64,000 bases of DNA. Origin: Promethearchaeota archaeon. GTDB taxonomy: Archaea; Asgardarchaeota; Lokiarchaeia; Sigyniarchaeales; SOKP01. Location of the stretch: NCBI GenBank assembly GCA_019058445.1, contig JAHPZA010000003.1, positions 452,919 through 516,918 of the forward strand. Reading direction: 5' to 3'. How positions within the stretch are numbered: the first letter of the stretch is position 1; the number at the start of each line of letters is the position of its first letter. Below are positions 47,517 through 57,381 of the stretch, one piece after another. A program made the position numbers and the translations under genes. Below the pieces are notes generated by a model. The model saw only the letters and a program-made list of their open reading frames with translations. It searched no databases and had not been told where the DNA came from.

Positions 47517-50500
47517 ATGGAAAAAGTAGGAGCGGTTATGGTTGTAGGCGCTGGAATAGGCGGTTCTCAAGCATCATTAGATTTAGCAGATTCGGGGTAT
47601 AAAGTATATTTAATCGAGTCTACAACTAGTATAGGTGGTGTTATGGCGCAGTTAGATAAAACTTTTCCGACAAATGATTGCGCCATGTGTATTGTTTCTC
47701 CAAAATTAGTTGAAACTGGACGACATCAAAATATTGATTTATCCATTAATTGTAAGATTCAGGAAGTGAGTGGAGAAGCTGGTAATTTTACGGTTAAAGT
47801 GTTAAAGAAGTCTTTATTTATTAATCAAGATAAGTGTACTGGATGCGGAGTCTGTGGAAAAGAATGTCCCGTTGAGGCAATTGATATCTTCAATGAGGGA
47901 TTAGCTAAGTATGCTGCTACATCTGTTAGGTATCCACAGGCAGTTCCTTTAGTTTATGCTATTAATAAAGATTATTGTATTGGTTGTGGAATTTGTGCAG
48001 GAGTATGTAAAGCAAAGGCTGTAGAATATGATCTTGAAGATGAGGAGGTTGATCTAAACGTAGGTGCTATCATCTTATCTCCTGGGTTTGATGAATATGT
48101 TCCACCAAAAGCGAATCTTTATGGATATGGAAAGTATAAAAATGTGGTCACAAGTATCGAGTTTGAGCGGATATTAAGCGCTAGTGGACCCTATGCGGGT
48201 AGAGTTTTGAGACCTTCTGATGGAGACGTACCAGAAAAGGTTGCATTTCTTCAATGTATAGGATCACGAGACTTTAGTGGTTCGGGAAATCCTTATTGTT
48301 CCTCAGTGTGTTGCATGTACACTGCAAAGGAGGCGGTAATTGCTCATGAACATATGCATCAAATAAAACCAACCATTTTTAGTATGGATGTAAGAGCATA
48401 CGGAAAAGATTTTGATAAGTATATTATAAGAGCTCAAGAGGAATATGGAGTCCAATACATTAGAAGTCGAATTTCATCTATTCAAGAAGTGCCAGAAACA
48501 AATGATTTAAGAATTAGATATGAGACTGAGGATGGAAAGGTAAAGGAAGAGATATTCCAAATGGTAGTGCTTGCGGTAGGATTTAATCCTCCAAATGATG
48601 CAAAATATCTCGCGGAAAAATTTGGAATAGAATTAAATGAATATAATTTTGCTAAAACCGATATATTTAACCCTGTACAAACATCAAAACCAGGTATTTT
48701 CGCTTGTGGAGCATTTTCTTCTCCTAAAGATATTCCAGATACCGTAACCCAAGCCAGTGCTGCAGCAGGATGCGTTAATCAGCTCTTATACGACGAAAAG
48801 GGAACTCTAATAACCGAAAAATCTTTACCTCCTGAAATATTTGTAAATGGTCAACCCCCTAGGATAGGGGTATTTATTTGTCATTGTGGTATTAATATAG
48901 GGGGTTTTGTAGATGTTCCCGAAGTTACCAGATATGCCAAAACACTTCCTAATGTCGTGTTATCAGATCGAAATCTATATACGTGTTCAGCAGATACGCA
49001 AACAATAATTAAGAATATGGTAAAAGAATATCATCTTAACCGTGTTATTGTAGCATCATGTACTCCAAGAACTCATGAACCTCTCTTTCAAGAAACAATC
49101 AGAGAGGCTGGTCTAAATAGATATTTGTTTCAAATGGCCAATATTAGAGATCAGTGTTCATGGGTGCATATGAATGAGCCAGAGGCTGCTACAGAAAAAG
49201 CAAAAGATTTAGTGAGAATGGCAGTAAATAAAGCAAGAAAGATTCAACCTATTGATCGAATCAAATTAAGTGTAACTCCCAAAGCCTTAGTAGTGGGAGG
49301 GGGTATTAGTGGAATGGCTGCAGCATTAAATTTCGCAAGTCAAGAGTATGAAACGTATTTGGTTGAAAAACAAGATAAATTAGGAGGTTTTGCTAATAAC
49401 ATATATCATACACTAGAAGGTGGAGATGTCCAAGCTTTTATTACAGATTTGATCAAAAAAATTGAATCACATGAATTTATTCACGTTTATAAAGAAGCCG
49501 AGATCGAAAATATAGATGGTTATATCGGCAATTTCAAAACGTCCATTATATATGGCAAAAATAAAGAAAAAGCAGAGTTTGAACATGGAGTTGTTATTGT
49601 CGCGACAGGAGCTAAGGAATATCAGCCTAATGAATATCTTTATGGACAAAATGATTTGGTTATCCTTCAATCCGAGCTTGAAAAGATACTCAATACGTCA
49701 GATGATATAAAAAAGAAGAAATCAATTGTTATGATCCAATGTGTTGGGTCAAGAAACGATGAGCATCCTTATTGCAGTAAAATGTGTTGCGCAGAGGCGA
49801 TTAAAAATGCACTCTTAGCAAAAGAAAAAAATCCTGATGTAGAGATCACTGTTTTATTTAGGGATATTAGAACATATGGTTTTAAGGAGAAATATTATAG
49901 GAAAGCTCGAGAAGCAGGAGTTATTTTTATTCAATATGATGAAAATGATCCACCAAAAATTAACGTAGAAGACTCAGAACTGAGAGTTGAGGTTAAAACT
50001 GCAAGACACGATACAATCAATATTAAATCTGATTGGCTGGTGTTGAGTGCCGGTATTTATGCAATTCGCGAAGAAAATGAAGATTTAGCAAAAATGCTAA
50101 AAGTTCCTTTGAATGATGATAATTTCTTTTTAGAAGCCCATGTAAAGCTACGTCCCGTAGATTTTGCCACGGAGGGTGTGTTTGTGGCTGGTATCGCACA
50201 TTGTCCTAAAACAATTGAAGATTCTATTGCCCAAGCTAATGCAGCGGTATCGAGAGCATGTACCATTCTTTCTAAAGAAGAGATTGAAGCAGAGGGAAAA
50301 ACAGCTCAAATAGATATGTCGCGTTGTATCGGTTGCGGGATGTGTATTGAAAACTGTGCTTACAATGCAATCGAACTTATTGATGATAGGAGATTTGGAC
50401 GGGTTGCATATATTAATCAAGCCTTATGCAAGGGCTGTGGCGCGTGTTCCGGGAATTGTAGGTGTGCTGCAATCGATATACTCGGTTTTACAGGAGAACA

Positions 50501-50534
50501 AATATTTTCAATGATAACCGGGAGGGTGAGTTAA
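47517..50534 (+). CDS. hdrA: Large HdrA-like flavoprotein with two FAD modules
   Basis: Same motif order as 43737 and 45051 fused: GAGIGG, TNDCAMC, CSSVCC, GVFICHCG, GGGISG, CSKMCC, terminal ferredoxin. Confidence 0.93.
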   Translation: MEKVGAVMVVGAGIGGSQASLDLADSGYKVYLIESTTSIGGVMAQLDKTFPTNDCAMCIVSPKLVETGRHQNIDLSINCKIQEVSGEAGNFTVKVLKKSLFINQDKCTGCGVCGKECPVEAIDIFNEGLAKYAATSVRYPQAVPLVYAINKDYCIGCGICAGVCKAKAVEYDLEDEEVDLNVGAIILSPGFDEYVPPKANLYGYGKYKNVVTSIEFERILSASGPYAGRVLRPSDGDVPEKVAFLQCIGSRDFSGSGNPYCSSVCCMYTAKEAVIAHEHMHQIKPTIFSMDVRAYGKDFDKYIIRAQEEYGVQYIRSRISSIQEVPETNDLRIRYETEDGKVKEEIFQMVVLAVGFNPPNDAKYLAEKFGIELNEYNFAKTDIFNPVQTSKPGIFACGAFSSPKDIPDTVTQASAAAGCVNQLLYDEKGTLITEKSLPPEIFVNGQPPRIGVFICHCGINIGGFVDVPEVTRYAKTLPNVVLSDRNLYTCSADTQTIIKNMVKEYHLNRVIVASCTPRTHEPLFQETIREAGLNRYLFQMANIRDQCSWVHMNEPEAATEKAKDLVRMAVNKARKIQPIDRIKLSVTPKALVVGGGISGMAAALNFASQEYETYLVEKQDKLGGFANNIYHTLEGGDVQAFITDLIKKIESHEFIHVYKEAEIENIDGYIGNFKTSIIYGKNKEKAEFEHGVVIVATGAKEYQPNEYLYGQNDLVILQSELEKILNTSDDIKKKKSIVMIQCVGSRNDEHPYCSKMCCAEAIKNALLAKEKNPDVEITVLFRDIRTYGFKEKYYRKAREAGVIFIQYDENDPPKINVEDSELRVEVKTARHDTINIKSDWLVLSAGIYAIREENEDLAKMLKVPLNDDNFFLEAHVKLRPVDFATEGVFVAGIAHCPKTIEDSIAQANAAVSRACTILSKEEIEAEGKTAQIDMSRCIGCGMCIENCAYNAIELIDDRRFGRVAYINQALCKGCGACSGNCRCAAIDILGFTGEQIFSMITGRVS

Positions 50535-50536
50535 AA

Positions 50537-50989
50537 ATGACGGTAAAAAACGAACAAGAAGCAGAAAAAAGTGAAGAATGGGAACCAAAAATCATTGCTT
50601 TTTTGTGTAATTGGTGTTCATATGCGGGGGCTGATTTAGCGGGAGTAAGTAGAATACAATATCCCCCAAATATTAGAATTGTAAGGGTTCCGTGCTCTGG
50701 AAGAGTAAACCCATATTTTATTGTAAAAAGTTTAACAGATGGATGGGATGGTGTGGTTGTATCTGGGTGTCATCCCGGAGATTGTCATTATCTTACGGGA
50801 AATCTTGTTGCAAGGAGGAGATTTGCCATTTTAAAGGAGTTGCTAGAATTCTTTGGAATTGAGCCTGGAAGGGTAAATTTCATGTGGGCATCAGCTGCCG
50901 AAGGGGAGCGTTTTGCTGTATTAATTAGAAAAGCTACGAAGATTGTAAAGGAGTTAGGGCCAAATAAAAAATTTGAAAAAAAGTGGTGA
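50537..50989 (+). CDS. mvhD: MvhD/FlxD [2Fe-2S] subunit
   Basis: FLCNWCSYAGAD, CSGRV and GCHPGDCHY motifs; start corrected to ATG 50537. Confidence 0.93.
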   Translation: MTVKNEQEAEKSEEWEPKIIAFLCNWCSYAGADLAGVSRIQYPPNIRIVRVPCSGRVNPYFIVKSLTDGWDGVVVSGCHPGDCHYLTGNLVARRRFAILKELLEFFGIEPGRVNFMWASAAEGERFAVLIRKATKIVKELGPNKKFEKKW

Positions 50990-52014
50990 GAATTATGGGA
51001 ATTGAGATAAAAAATCAAGAAATTGAAAATCAGATGAGGGAACTTGCGAGGAATTTACTTAATGAGAAAAAGGTTGATGTTATAATTGGATATGCCAAGG
51101 GTACTGTACCTTTGAGCTCAGCTCCAATAATGATTACTAATGAAGAAGATATTGACAAATTGATCTGGAATAATTTATGTTATATAAACTTAGCAAAATA
51201 TCTGGTTCCAAGAATACCCCAACTCATCGATCCTGAGGGTAACAATTTAAAAGTAGGGATAGTTTCTAAGGGATGTGTAGGGAGAGCCCTAATACATTTA
51301 GCAGTTGAAAAACAAATCAATCTTGATGATATTAAGATAATAGGTATTCCGTGTAATGGAATAATCAATCGGAAAAAAGTTGAAAAGGAAATAGATGAAA
51401 AGGAAATTTTAGAAGTCTCTGCTTCCGGCAACGATATAGTAGTTAAAGGAAAGGATTTTGAGCAAAAATTTCCTTTTGATGAATATATCAATGAATTATG
51501 TAAAGTTTGTAAGGTTAAATCACCCCCAACTGACGCGAGCATTTCAGAAGCATGTGTTGGTGAATGCCAGGAGATTTCGAATCTTGAAGATGATTTTGCT
51601 GATTTAGCGGAATTTGAGGCAAAAAGTTCCAAAGAAAAATGGGACTATATTAAAGATTTATTGAAGACATGTACAAGGTGTTATGCTTGTAGGGAAGCTT
51701 GTCCGATGTGTTATTGTAATCTATGTTTTGTGGATCAAAACAAGCCTATTTGGTTTGGTAAAACAACGGAGTTGTCTGATATAATTGTATTTCATTTGAT
51801 TCGAGCAATGCATTTAGCGGGAAGATGCGTGGCTTGCGGAGCCTGTAGCAGTGTTTGTCCTATGGGCATTGATTTAAACTTGATAACACGAAAATTAGAA
51901 AAAATGGTAAAGGAGCGATTTGATTTTACTTCAGGAATCGATAGCGAAACTTTGCCCCCAATGATGTCCTTTAATATGGATGATGAACAGGAATTTATGT
52001 TAGAGGAGGATTGA
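50983..52014 (+). CDS. flxC: FlxC/FdhB-like Fe-S protein
   Basis: KGC, CTRCYACREACPMCYC and RAMHLAGRCVACGACSSVCP motifs; position in the flxDCBA order. The start may be ATG 50995. Confidence 0.82.
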   Translation: MVRIMGIEIKNQEIENQMRELARNLLNEKKVDVIIGYAKGTVPLSSAPIMITNEEDIDKLIWNNLCYINLAKYLVPRIPQLIDPEGNNLKVGIVSKGCVGRALIHLAVEKQINLDDIKIIGIPCNGIINRKKVEKEIDEKEILEVSASGNDIVVKGKDFEQKFPFDEYINELCKVCKVKSPPTDASISEACVGECQEISNLEDDFADLAEFEAKSSKEKWDYIKDLLKTCTRCYACREACPMCYCNLCFVDQNKPIWFGKTTELSDIIVFHLIRAMHLAGRCVACGACSSVCPMGIDLNLITRKLEKMVKERFDFTSGIDSETLPPMMSFNMDDEQEFMLEED

Positions 52015-52018
52015 GAAA

Positions 52019-53074
52019 ATGGATCAAAAAATATTAATGAAAAATGAAATTGGAAAATTGTATATTGAATTAGCAGAAGAATATAACTTTTATGCACCTG
52101 TAAAAGAAAAGGGGAATATAGTTTTTAAAAAGATCTTAAATCCAGATGATATTGTGTTAGAATATTTTAATTCAAAAGTACCACCAAAAGAAGTGCTGTT
52201 TCCGGAGATGGAAGTATTGTTTGAATATAGCTTAGACGGAAAAGATGTTGAGATACAAGACAGACAGGATTTAGACGAGAAGAATGTGATTTTTGGTATA
52301 AGACCTTGTGATGCACATGGTTTTGCGTTAATGGCCACTTTTTTTACTGCTCACGGAGACTGTGAAGACGAAATTTTTATGAAAAAACGCGCAAATACTA
52401 TCCTGATGGGGATAGGATGTAATGAGCCTAAAAGTACCTGCTTTTGCACATCATTAGGAGGTCACCCGTTCCAAAAGGATGATTTGGATGTAATGCTTAC
52501 AGATTTAGGAGAAAAATACTTAGTCGAAACTATTAGTGAGAAGGGAAAAACTTTTATTCAAAAATTAAAGTGGCTTGCTGATGCGAAAAAGAAAGATGTT
52601 CAACAAGCTCAAGAATTATCAAAGAAATCTGAAGAATCATTTGTAACGAAATTGGACCTTACTGATATTGACAAGATTTTAGATCCGAATTTTGAACATC
52701 CAATATGGAAGGAAATTAGCGATATATGTATAAGTTGTGGAACCTGTTCATATCTATGTCCAACATGCACGTGTTTCGATGTTATCGATGAAACAGACGA
52801 GTATAATAACCGAGGGCGGCGGATTCGAATTTGGGATACATGTCAATCCTGTCTCTACACACTTCACACCAGCGGGCATAATCCACGCAATAGTTGTATA
52901 GAAAGGTGTAGAAATCGTATAATGCATAAATTTAGCTATTATCCCAAAAATTATGATCAAATAGGATGCGTTGGATGTGGTCGATGTGTTCAACTATGTC
53001 CCGTTAATAATGATATAAGAGCAATTCTTACTAAAATTAAAAATATTGAAAAGGAGGAGGAAATAAGTGCCTAA
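52019..53074 (+). CDS. flxB: FlxB/AsrA/HydB-like Fe-S protein
   Basis: GIRPCD, CFC, CISCGTCSYLCPTCTCF, RIWDTC, RIMHKF and CVGCGRCVQLCP motifs. Confidence 0.85.
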   Translation: MDQKILMKNEIGKLYIELAEEYNFYAPVKEKGNIVFKKILNPDDIVLEYFNSKVPPKEVLFPEMEVLFEYSLDGKDVEIQDRQDLDEKNVIFGIRPCDAHGFALMATFFTAHGDCEDEIFMKKRANTILMGIGCNEPKSTCFCTSLGGHPFQKDDLDVMLTDLGEKYLVETISEKGKTFIQKLKWLADAKKKDVQQAQELSKKSEESFVTKLDLTDIDKILDPNFEHPIWKEISDICISCGTCSYLCPTCTCFDVIDETDEYNNRGRRIRIWDTCQSCLYTLHTSGHNPRNSCIERCRNRIMHKFSYYPKNYDQIGCVGCGRCVQLCPVNNDIRAILTKIKNIEKEEEISA

Positions 53075-53906
53075 TCCATATATTCCGATGCTCACTAAGG
53101 TTAAAAATATCGTTTCAGAAAATAAAGTAAATGATATTAAAACCATCGAACTAGAATTTAAAAATCAAGAGGATTATAAAGCTTTTAACTACATTCCTGG
53201 ACAATTCGCTGAGATTAGCTTGATTGGAAAGGGTGAATGTCCTATTGGTATAGCATCTTCCCCAACCGAGGAAGGTTCAATTAAATTTACCATTAAAAAG
53301 ATGGGAACTGTCACAAGCGAATTTCATAATTGTGAGGTTGGTGATACGGTAGGGGTGAGAGGTCCCTGCGGAAATGGGTGGCCAATGGAAGATCTAAAAG
53401 GCAAAAATTTAGTAGTAATCGGTGGGGGATTCGCATTTTCGACCCTACGATCACTTGTGTTATATGTATTAGATGAGAAATATAGAAAAGATTTCGGGGA
53501 TATTACAGTGATTTATGGAAACAGAGATAGTGGAGAAGTATTATATGGGGATGTCCTTGAAGAATGGGAAAAAAGGGATGATATTAACGTAGTATTAACT
53601 ATCGATCGCGAGGAAGAAGATTGGACTCGCGAAGTGGGATTCGTTGCTGCGATAGTTAAAAAAGTTGCTCCTTCTCCTGATAATGCTGTTGCGGTTGTCT
53701 GTGGTCCTCCTATAATGATAAGAACAGCAGTGGCAGAACTAGAACAATTGGGTTGGAAGGATTACCAAATTTTAAACTCTTTAGAAATGAGAATGAAATG
53801 TGGTATTGGAAAGTGTGGAAGATGTAATATTGGAAATAAATATGTCTGCGTTGATGGGCCAGTTTTCTCTCTGGAAGAACTTAAAAAATTACCCAATGAA
53901 TATTAA
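53067..53906 (+). CDS. flxA: FlxA/AsrB/HydG-like FAD/NAD(P)-binding [2Fe-2S] subunit
   Basis: PGQF, RGPCGNGW, GGG, CGPPIM and MKCGIGKCGRC...CVDGPVF motifs. Confidence 0.88.
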   Translation: MPNPYIPMLTKVKNIVSENKVNDIKTIELEFKNQEDYKAFNYIPGQFAEISLIGKGECPIGIASSPTEEGSIKFTIKKMGTVTSEFHNCEVGDTVGVRGPCGNGWPMEDLKGKNLVVIGGGFAFSTLRSLVLYVLDEKYRKDFGDITVIYGNRDSGEVLYGDVLEEWEKRDDINVVLTIDREEEDWTREVGFVAAIVKKVAPSPDNAVAVVCGPPIMIRTAVAELEQLGWKDYQILNSLEMRMKCGIGKCGRCNIGNKYVCVDGPVFSLEELKKLPNEY

Positions 53907-55056
53907 AATTAAAACTAATAATAGAAAAAAGGTTGATAAAAAATTGGTTGAAGAAGTATTACCAAAATCGTTTGAAGATTTAATAAAAGATGTTCATGAA
54001 CTAGGAATCTGTGGAGAATGTGGTGGATGTGTAAGTTTTTGCTCTGCAGGCGAGATTAAAGCAATCGTAATGCCAGAGTCAGGTCCGCCGGTATATTATG
54101 ATAAGGATAATTGTCTCCATTGCGGAATTTGTTATTTAGTTTGTCCACAGACTCATGTTATGGATAATGAATTAAATAAGCGTTTTAATTATAAAGTCTC
54201 TATAGGAAATTACACCAAAGTTACCTCAAGTCAAGCAACTTCAGAGGAAATTAGAAAAAAGGCAACAGATGGAGGAGTGGTTACCGCGATTTTATCTTAC
54301 CTTTTAGATAAAAATCTAATCAGTGGTGCGATTGTATCAAAAAAGGAAGGACCATTTAATAGGATCCCCTTCTTTGCCTCCACAAAAGATGAATTATTAG
54401 AAGCCGCGGGATCGCATTATGATTTGTCGCAAGGAGTAGTAGGTTTAGAAAACTATAATTCATTTGTTCCAACAATTACCAAATTAAAACAAGTAGTAAG
54501 TTTAGATATGCCTAGTATTGCCGTCGTTGGAACACCATGCCAGATAATGTCAATACGTAAGATGCAGGAGTTAAGTATTTTACCAGCTCATATCGTAAAA
54601 TATACATTGGGTTTATTTTGTAATTTGAACTTTTCGTTTAATGCGGATGCTCGCAAAGAATTGGAAGAACGGTTCGATTTTTCTTTTGATGATGTGGAAA
54701 AATTAAATATTAAAGAGAATTTAATTATCCAGCTGAAAAATGGGCAGACAAAATATATCGATTTTAAGGATATTCACGAATTTGCACGATCTGCATGTTT
54801 TGCTTGCAGGGACTTTTCCAATGTATATGCGGATATCTCATTTGGGGGTTTAGGATCTAAAGACGGCTATACTACCTCTGTAATTCGAACAAAAGCAGGG
54901 GAAGAAATATACAATAATGCGCTCAGAGAAGGATATATACAAGAAACTTCTGATATGAATACGTCTGTCAAAAAATCAGAAATGCTCGCAAAAGTTATTA
55001 GTTTTGGGAAGAGAAAATTCGAAAGATATAAACAAGCTCGTAAAGCAAGAGAGTAA
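53896..55056 (+). CDS. frhB: Coenzyme F420 hydrogenase/dehydrogenase beta subunit (FrhB/FpoF-like) with N-terminal 2x[4Fe-4S]
   Basis: CGECGGC, CLHCGICYLVCP, DGGVVTAIL, VGTPCQ, GLFC and CFACRDF..ADISFG motifs; start corrected to ATG 53896 (TTG 53944 is an alternative). Confidence 0.88.
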   Translation: MNIKIKTNNRKKVDKKLVEEVLPKSFEDLIKDVHELGICGECGGCVSFCSAGEIKAIVMPESGPPVYYDKDNCLHCGICYLVCPQTHVMDNELNKRFNYKVSIGNYTKVTSSQATSEEIRKKATDGGVVTAILSYLLDKNLISGAIVSKKEGPFNRIPFFASTKDELLEAAGSHYDLSQGVVGLENYNSFVPTITKLKQVVSLDMPSIAVVGTPCQIMSIRKMQELSILPAHIVKYTLGLFCNLNFSFNADARKELEERFDFSFDDVEKLNIKENLIIQLKNGQTKYIDFKDIHEFARSACFACRDFSNVYADISFGGLGSKDGYTTSVIRTKAGEEIYNNALREGYIQETSDMNTSVKKSEMLAKVISFGKRKFERYKQARKARE

Positions 55057-55107
55057 ATCTTAAAATCTTTTTTTTACTTAATTAATCTATAATTCCCTTT
55101 TTTAAAA

Positions 55108-57111
55108 TCATTTTTTAATGGACTCATATTCTTTCTTCAATCTAGCGAGTTCTTCTTCTTCTTTTGCTTTTTTTTTTGCGAGTTTCGCTTTCTGCTTTTC
55201 TAATTTCTTTTCTTGTTTTTTTTTCTTTTTAATTAATTTAGCTTGTTGTTTCTTTTTTGCCTTTAATTCTTTTAATTCGATCTTTTGTCTTTCAATAGCT
55301 TCTCTCTCTTGCTGCTCTTTCTCTAATCGTTCTTGTTCAATTCTTTGCTGTTCTTGTCTTTCAGCCTCAATTTTTTCTTGTTCTCTCTGTAATTTGATTC
55401 TCTCTTGTTCTTTTCGAAGTGCTTCTATTCTCTCTCTTTCTTTTCTCTCTTCTTCTAACTTTTGTTTTTCTTTTTCAATCCTCTCTTTCTCTAAAGCTTC
55501 CCGTTCCTTTCGCTCTTTTTCTAATCGTTCTCTTTCGATTCTTTCCCTTTCCTCCCTTTCTTTTCGCTCTTTTTCCAACCTTTCCTCTTCAAATTGATTT
55601 ATCCATTTACCAACTCCTTCAAGTAATTCTTTCTTATCTTTTGGCGGAAGACCTAGAAGGGCTTCTTTTTTCTCGTAAATGTTTGCCCATTTGCTTAATT
55701 CCCATTTTATTTTTGAAAATTCAACTGGATATAAGTTTTTTATACTATCTCGTGCTAATCCGATTGCTATTCCTACAGAGTGCATATCAAAATCTTCCTC
55801 AATGATCCTTCTGATATATAATAAAATTTGTTCAATATCTTCTGTAGGGACTGGAGGGAGTGCTTTGGCTTGAACAAATTCAGACTTTTCTACTCTTAAT
55901 TTAAATTGCTCTGTTTCTCTTTGCGGTTCTCGATAATCTTTTAGTGTAGAAATACCAACTTGCTGAGAAGAAGAATCGACGGATCTTGTATGTGGAATGA
56001 CAAAAGATTCCTCTTTTACTGGTTTAATTTCAATTTCTTCTTTAATATTTCTCGGAAATTCACTTGGCCACTCGATCATTGAATTTAAACGATTTTCTGC
56101 GGAATATAATACTGATTTTTTAAGGGATAAAGTGGGTTCTGATGGGGATTCTAATAAAGAAATAGGAGTTGTTTCAGACTTTAAACTCTTAGACACATTT
56201 TCTAAAATGGAGTATGGATACATTGGATCATAATCAATTGTAGAATAAGTTTTCTTTAAATGAGTAATAACTTGTTCGATTTTTTGAAGTTCTATTGGAG
56301 ATAAGATTTTTGGTAAATATTCATCAACCCCATAATTGATTTCATTTAATCCCGCTGTTTCTTCCATATATCCCCTAGATACATATACTTTCATTTTATC
56401 TGATACGATTATTTTATTATAATAATCTCGAGAACTGCTTAGAAGCAAATGCCCCATAGCATCTAATTTGTAAGATTCTGGATCTCGAATTTTATCCATA
56501 AAATCCAAGAAGATATCCTTATTAGGAATAAAAATATTTCTCATAATAGCTCCTTTAATAAGAGTTTGCCGGCCTTCAGATTTAAAAGAGAGATCAATAG
56601 GTATCTTTATAACTTTTTCTGTAATAATTGCATCTTTATCATCTTCTAATGTAAGATCATTAGAGGCTGCGAGATGATCATATACAAAATCAGATAAGAT
56701 CAATCCTGTAAGTAGACGATTATCAATAATATATTTTCCTCTAGATAATTCTACATCATGGCGTAATTCAAATTTGTTATAGTAATAACCTATTCCAAAA
56801 ATAAAATAAATTGTACCTTTTTCAGTTTCAACCGCACATTCAGCTCCACCAAAAAGGATTACAATGTCAGTTATGATTTTTGCTACACCGTGACCGACAT
56901 ATTTACCTAAGGTCGGATATCCTAGTAAATCCCCCCAACTCGGGATTATAAAAATCATATTATTAGGGATGAGGCGATTAAGTTTTTTAAATTGCTCTTC
57001 TTTTTCTCTTTCTAATTTTTCTTGTTCGATTCGTGCTTTTTCAATTCTTTCTTTATCTAAAATTTCTTTATCCAATTTTTCATTCTCATTTAAAGGTTCT
57101 TTTTCTTCCAT
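55108..57111 (-). CDS. Hypothetical protein with long E/R/K-rich C-terminal helix
   Basis: 667-aa ORF; globular N-terminal region and about 160 aa of ERLEKE/KKK repeats. Confidence 0.85.
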   Translation of the reverse strand: MEEKEPLNENEKLDKEILDKERIEKARIEQEKLEREKEEQFKKLNRLIPNNMIFIIPSWGDLLGYPTLGKYVGHGVAKIITDIVILFGGAECAVETEKGTIYFIFGIGYYYNKFELRHDVELSRGKYIIDNRLLTGLILSDFVYDHLAASNDLTLEDDKDAIITEKVIKIPIDLSFKSEGRQTLIKGAIMRNIFIPNKDIFLDFMDKIRDPESYKLDAMGHLLLSSSRDYYNKIIVSDKMKVYVSRGYMEETAGLNEINYGVDEYLPKILSPIELQKIEQVITHLKKTYSTIDYDPMYPYSILENVSKSLKSETTPISLLESPSEPTLSLKKSVLYSAENRLNSMIEWPSEFPRNIKEEIEIKPVKEESFVIPHTRSVDSSSQQVGISTLKDYREPQRETEQFKLRVEKSEFVQAKALPPVPTEDIEQILLYIRRIIEEDFDMHSVGIAIGLARDSIKNLYPVEFSKIKWELSKWANIYEKKEALLGLPPKDKKELLEGVGKWINQFEEERLEKERKEREERERIERERLEKERKEREALEKERIEKEKQKLEEERKERERIEALRKEQERIKLQREQEKIEAERQEQQRIEQERLEKEQQEREAIERQKIELKELKAKKKQQAKLIKKKKKQEKKLEKQKAKLAKKKAKEEEELARLKKEYESIKK

Positions 57112-57381
57112 AATCTCAACTTTTTGAAATTAATTGTAATTTCCTTTTTAGTACTCGAAATCACTCTATTATTATTTTTCCTTTTATTTTAGTATTTTAA
57201 AAATAATAAATATTAACCTTTTTTAACAAATATCGTCAATTTCAAGTGAGATTTTTAAACTAATTTATCTTAATTTAAAGTAAAATAAGTTTATAATATT
57301 CCAATGTAAAAATTTGCATTTCAAATATTTTAGATTAATTTATTCAATTTCTAATCTAATGATGAGATGTAAAAAAATTAA

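Noticed and set aside
46696-53895. Long N-terminal extensions given by the track for ORFs starting at 46696, 50462 and 53800
   Set aside because: They overlap upstream genes out of frame; homology (and RBSs for the first two) supports starts at 46741, 50537 and about 53896.
55118-55805. F/S/L/C-rich + strand ORFs and apparent DNA repeats
   Set aside because: Reverse-complement artefacts of the E/K/R-rich tail of 55108-57111; not a separate repeat element.
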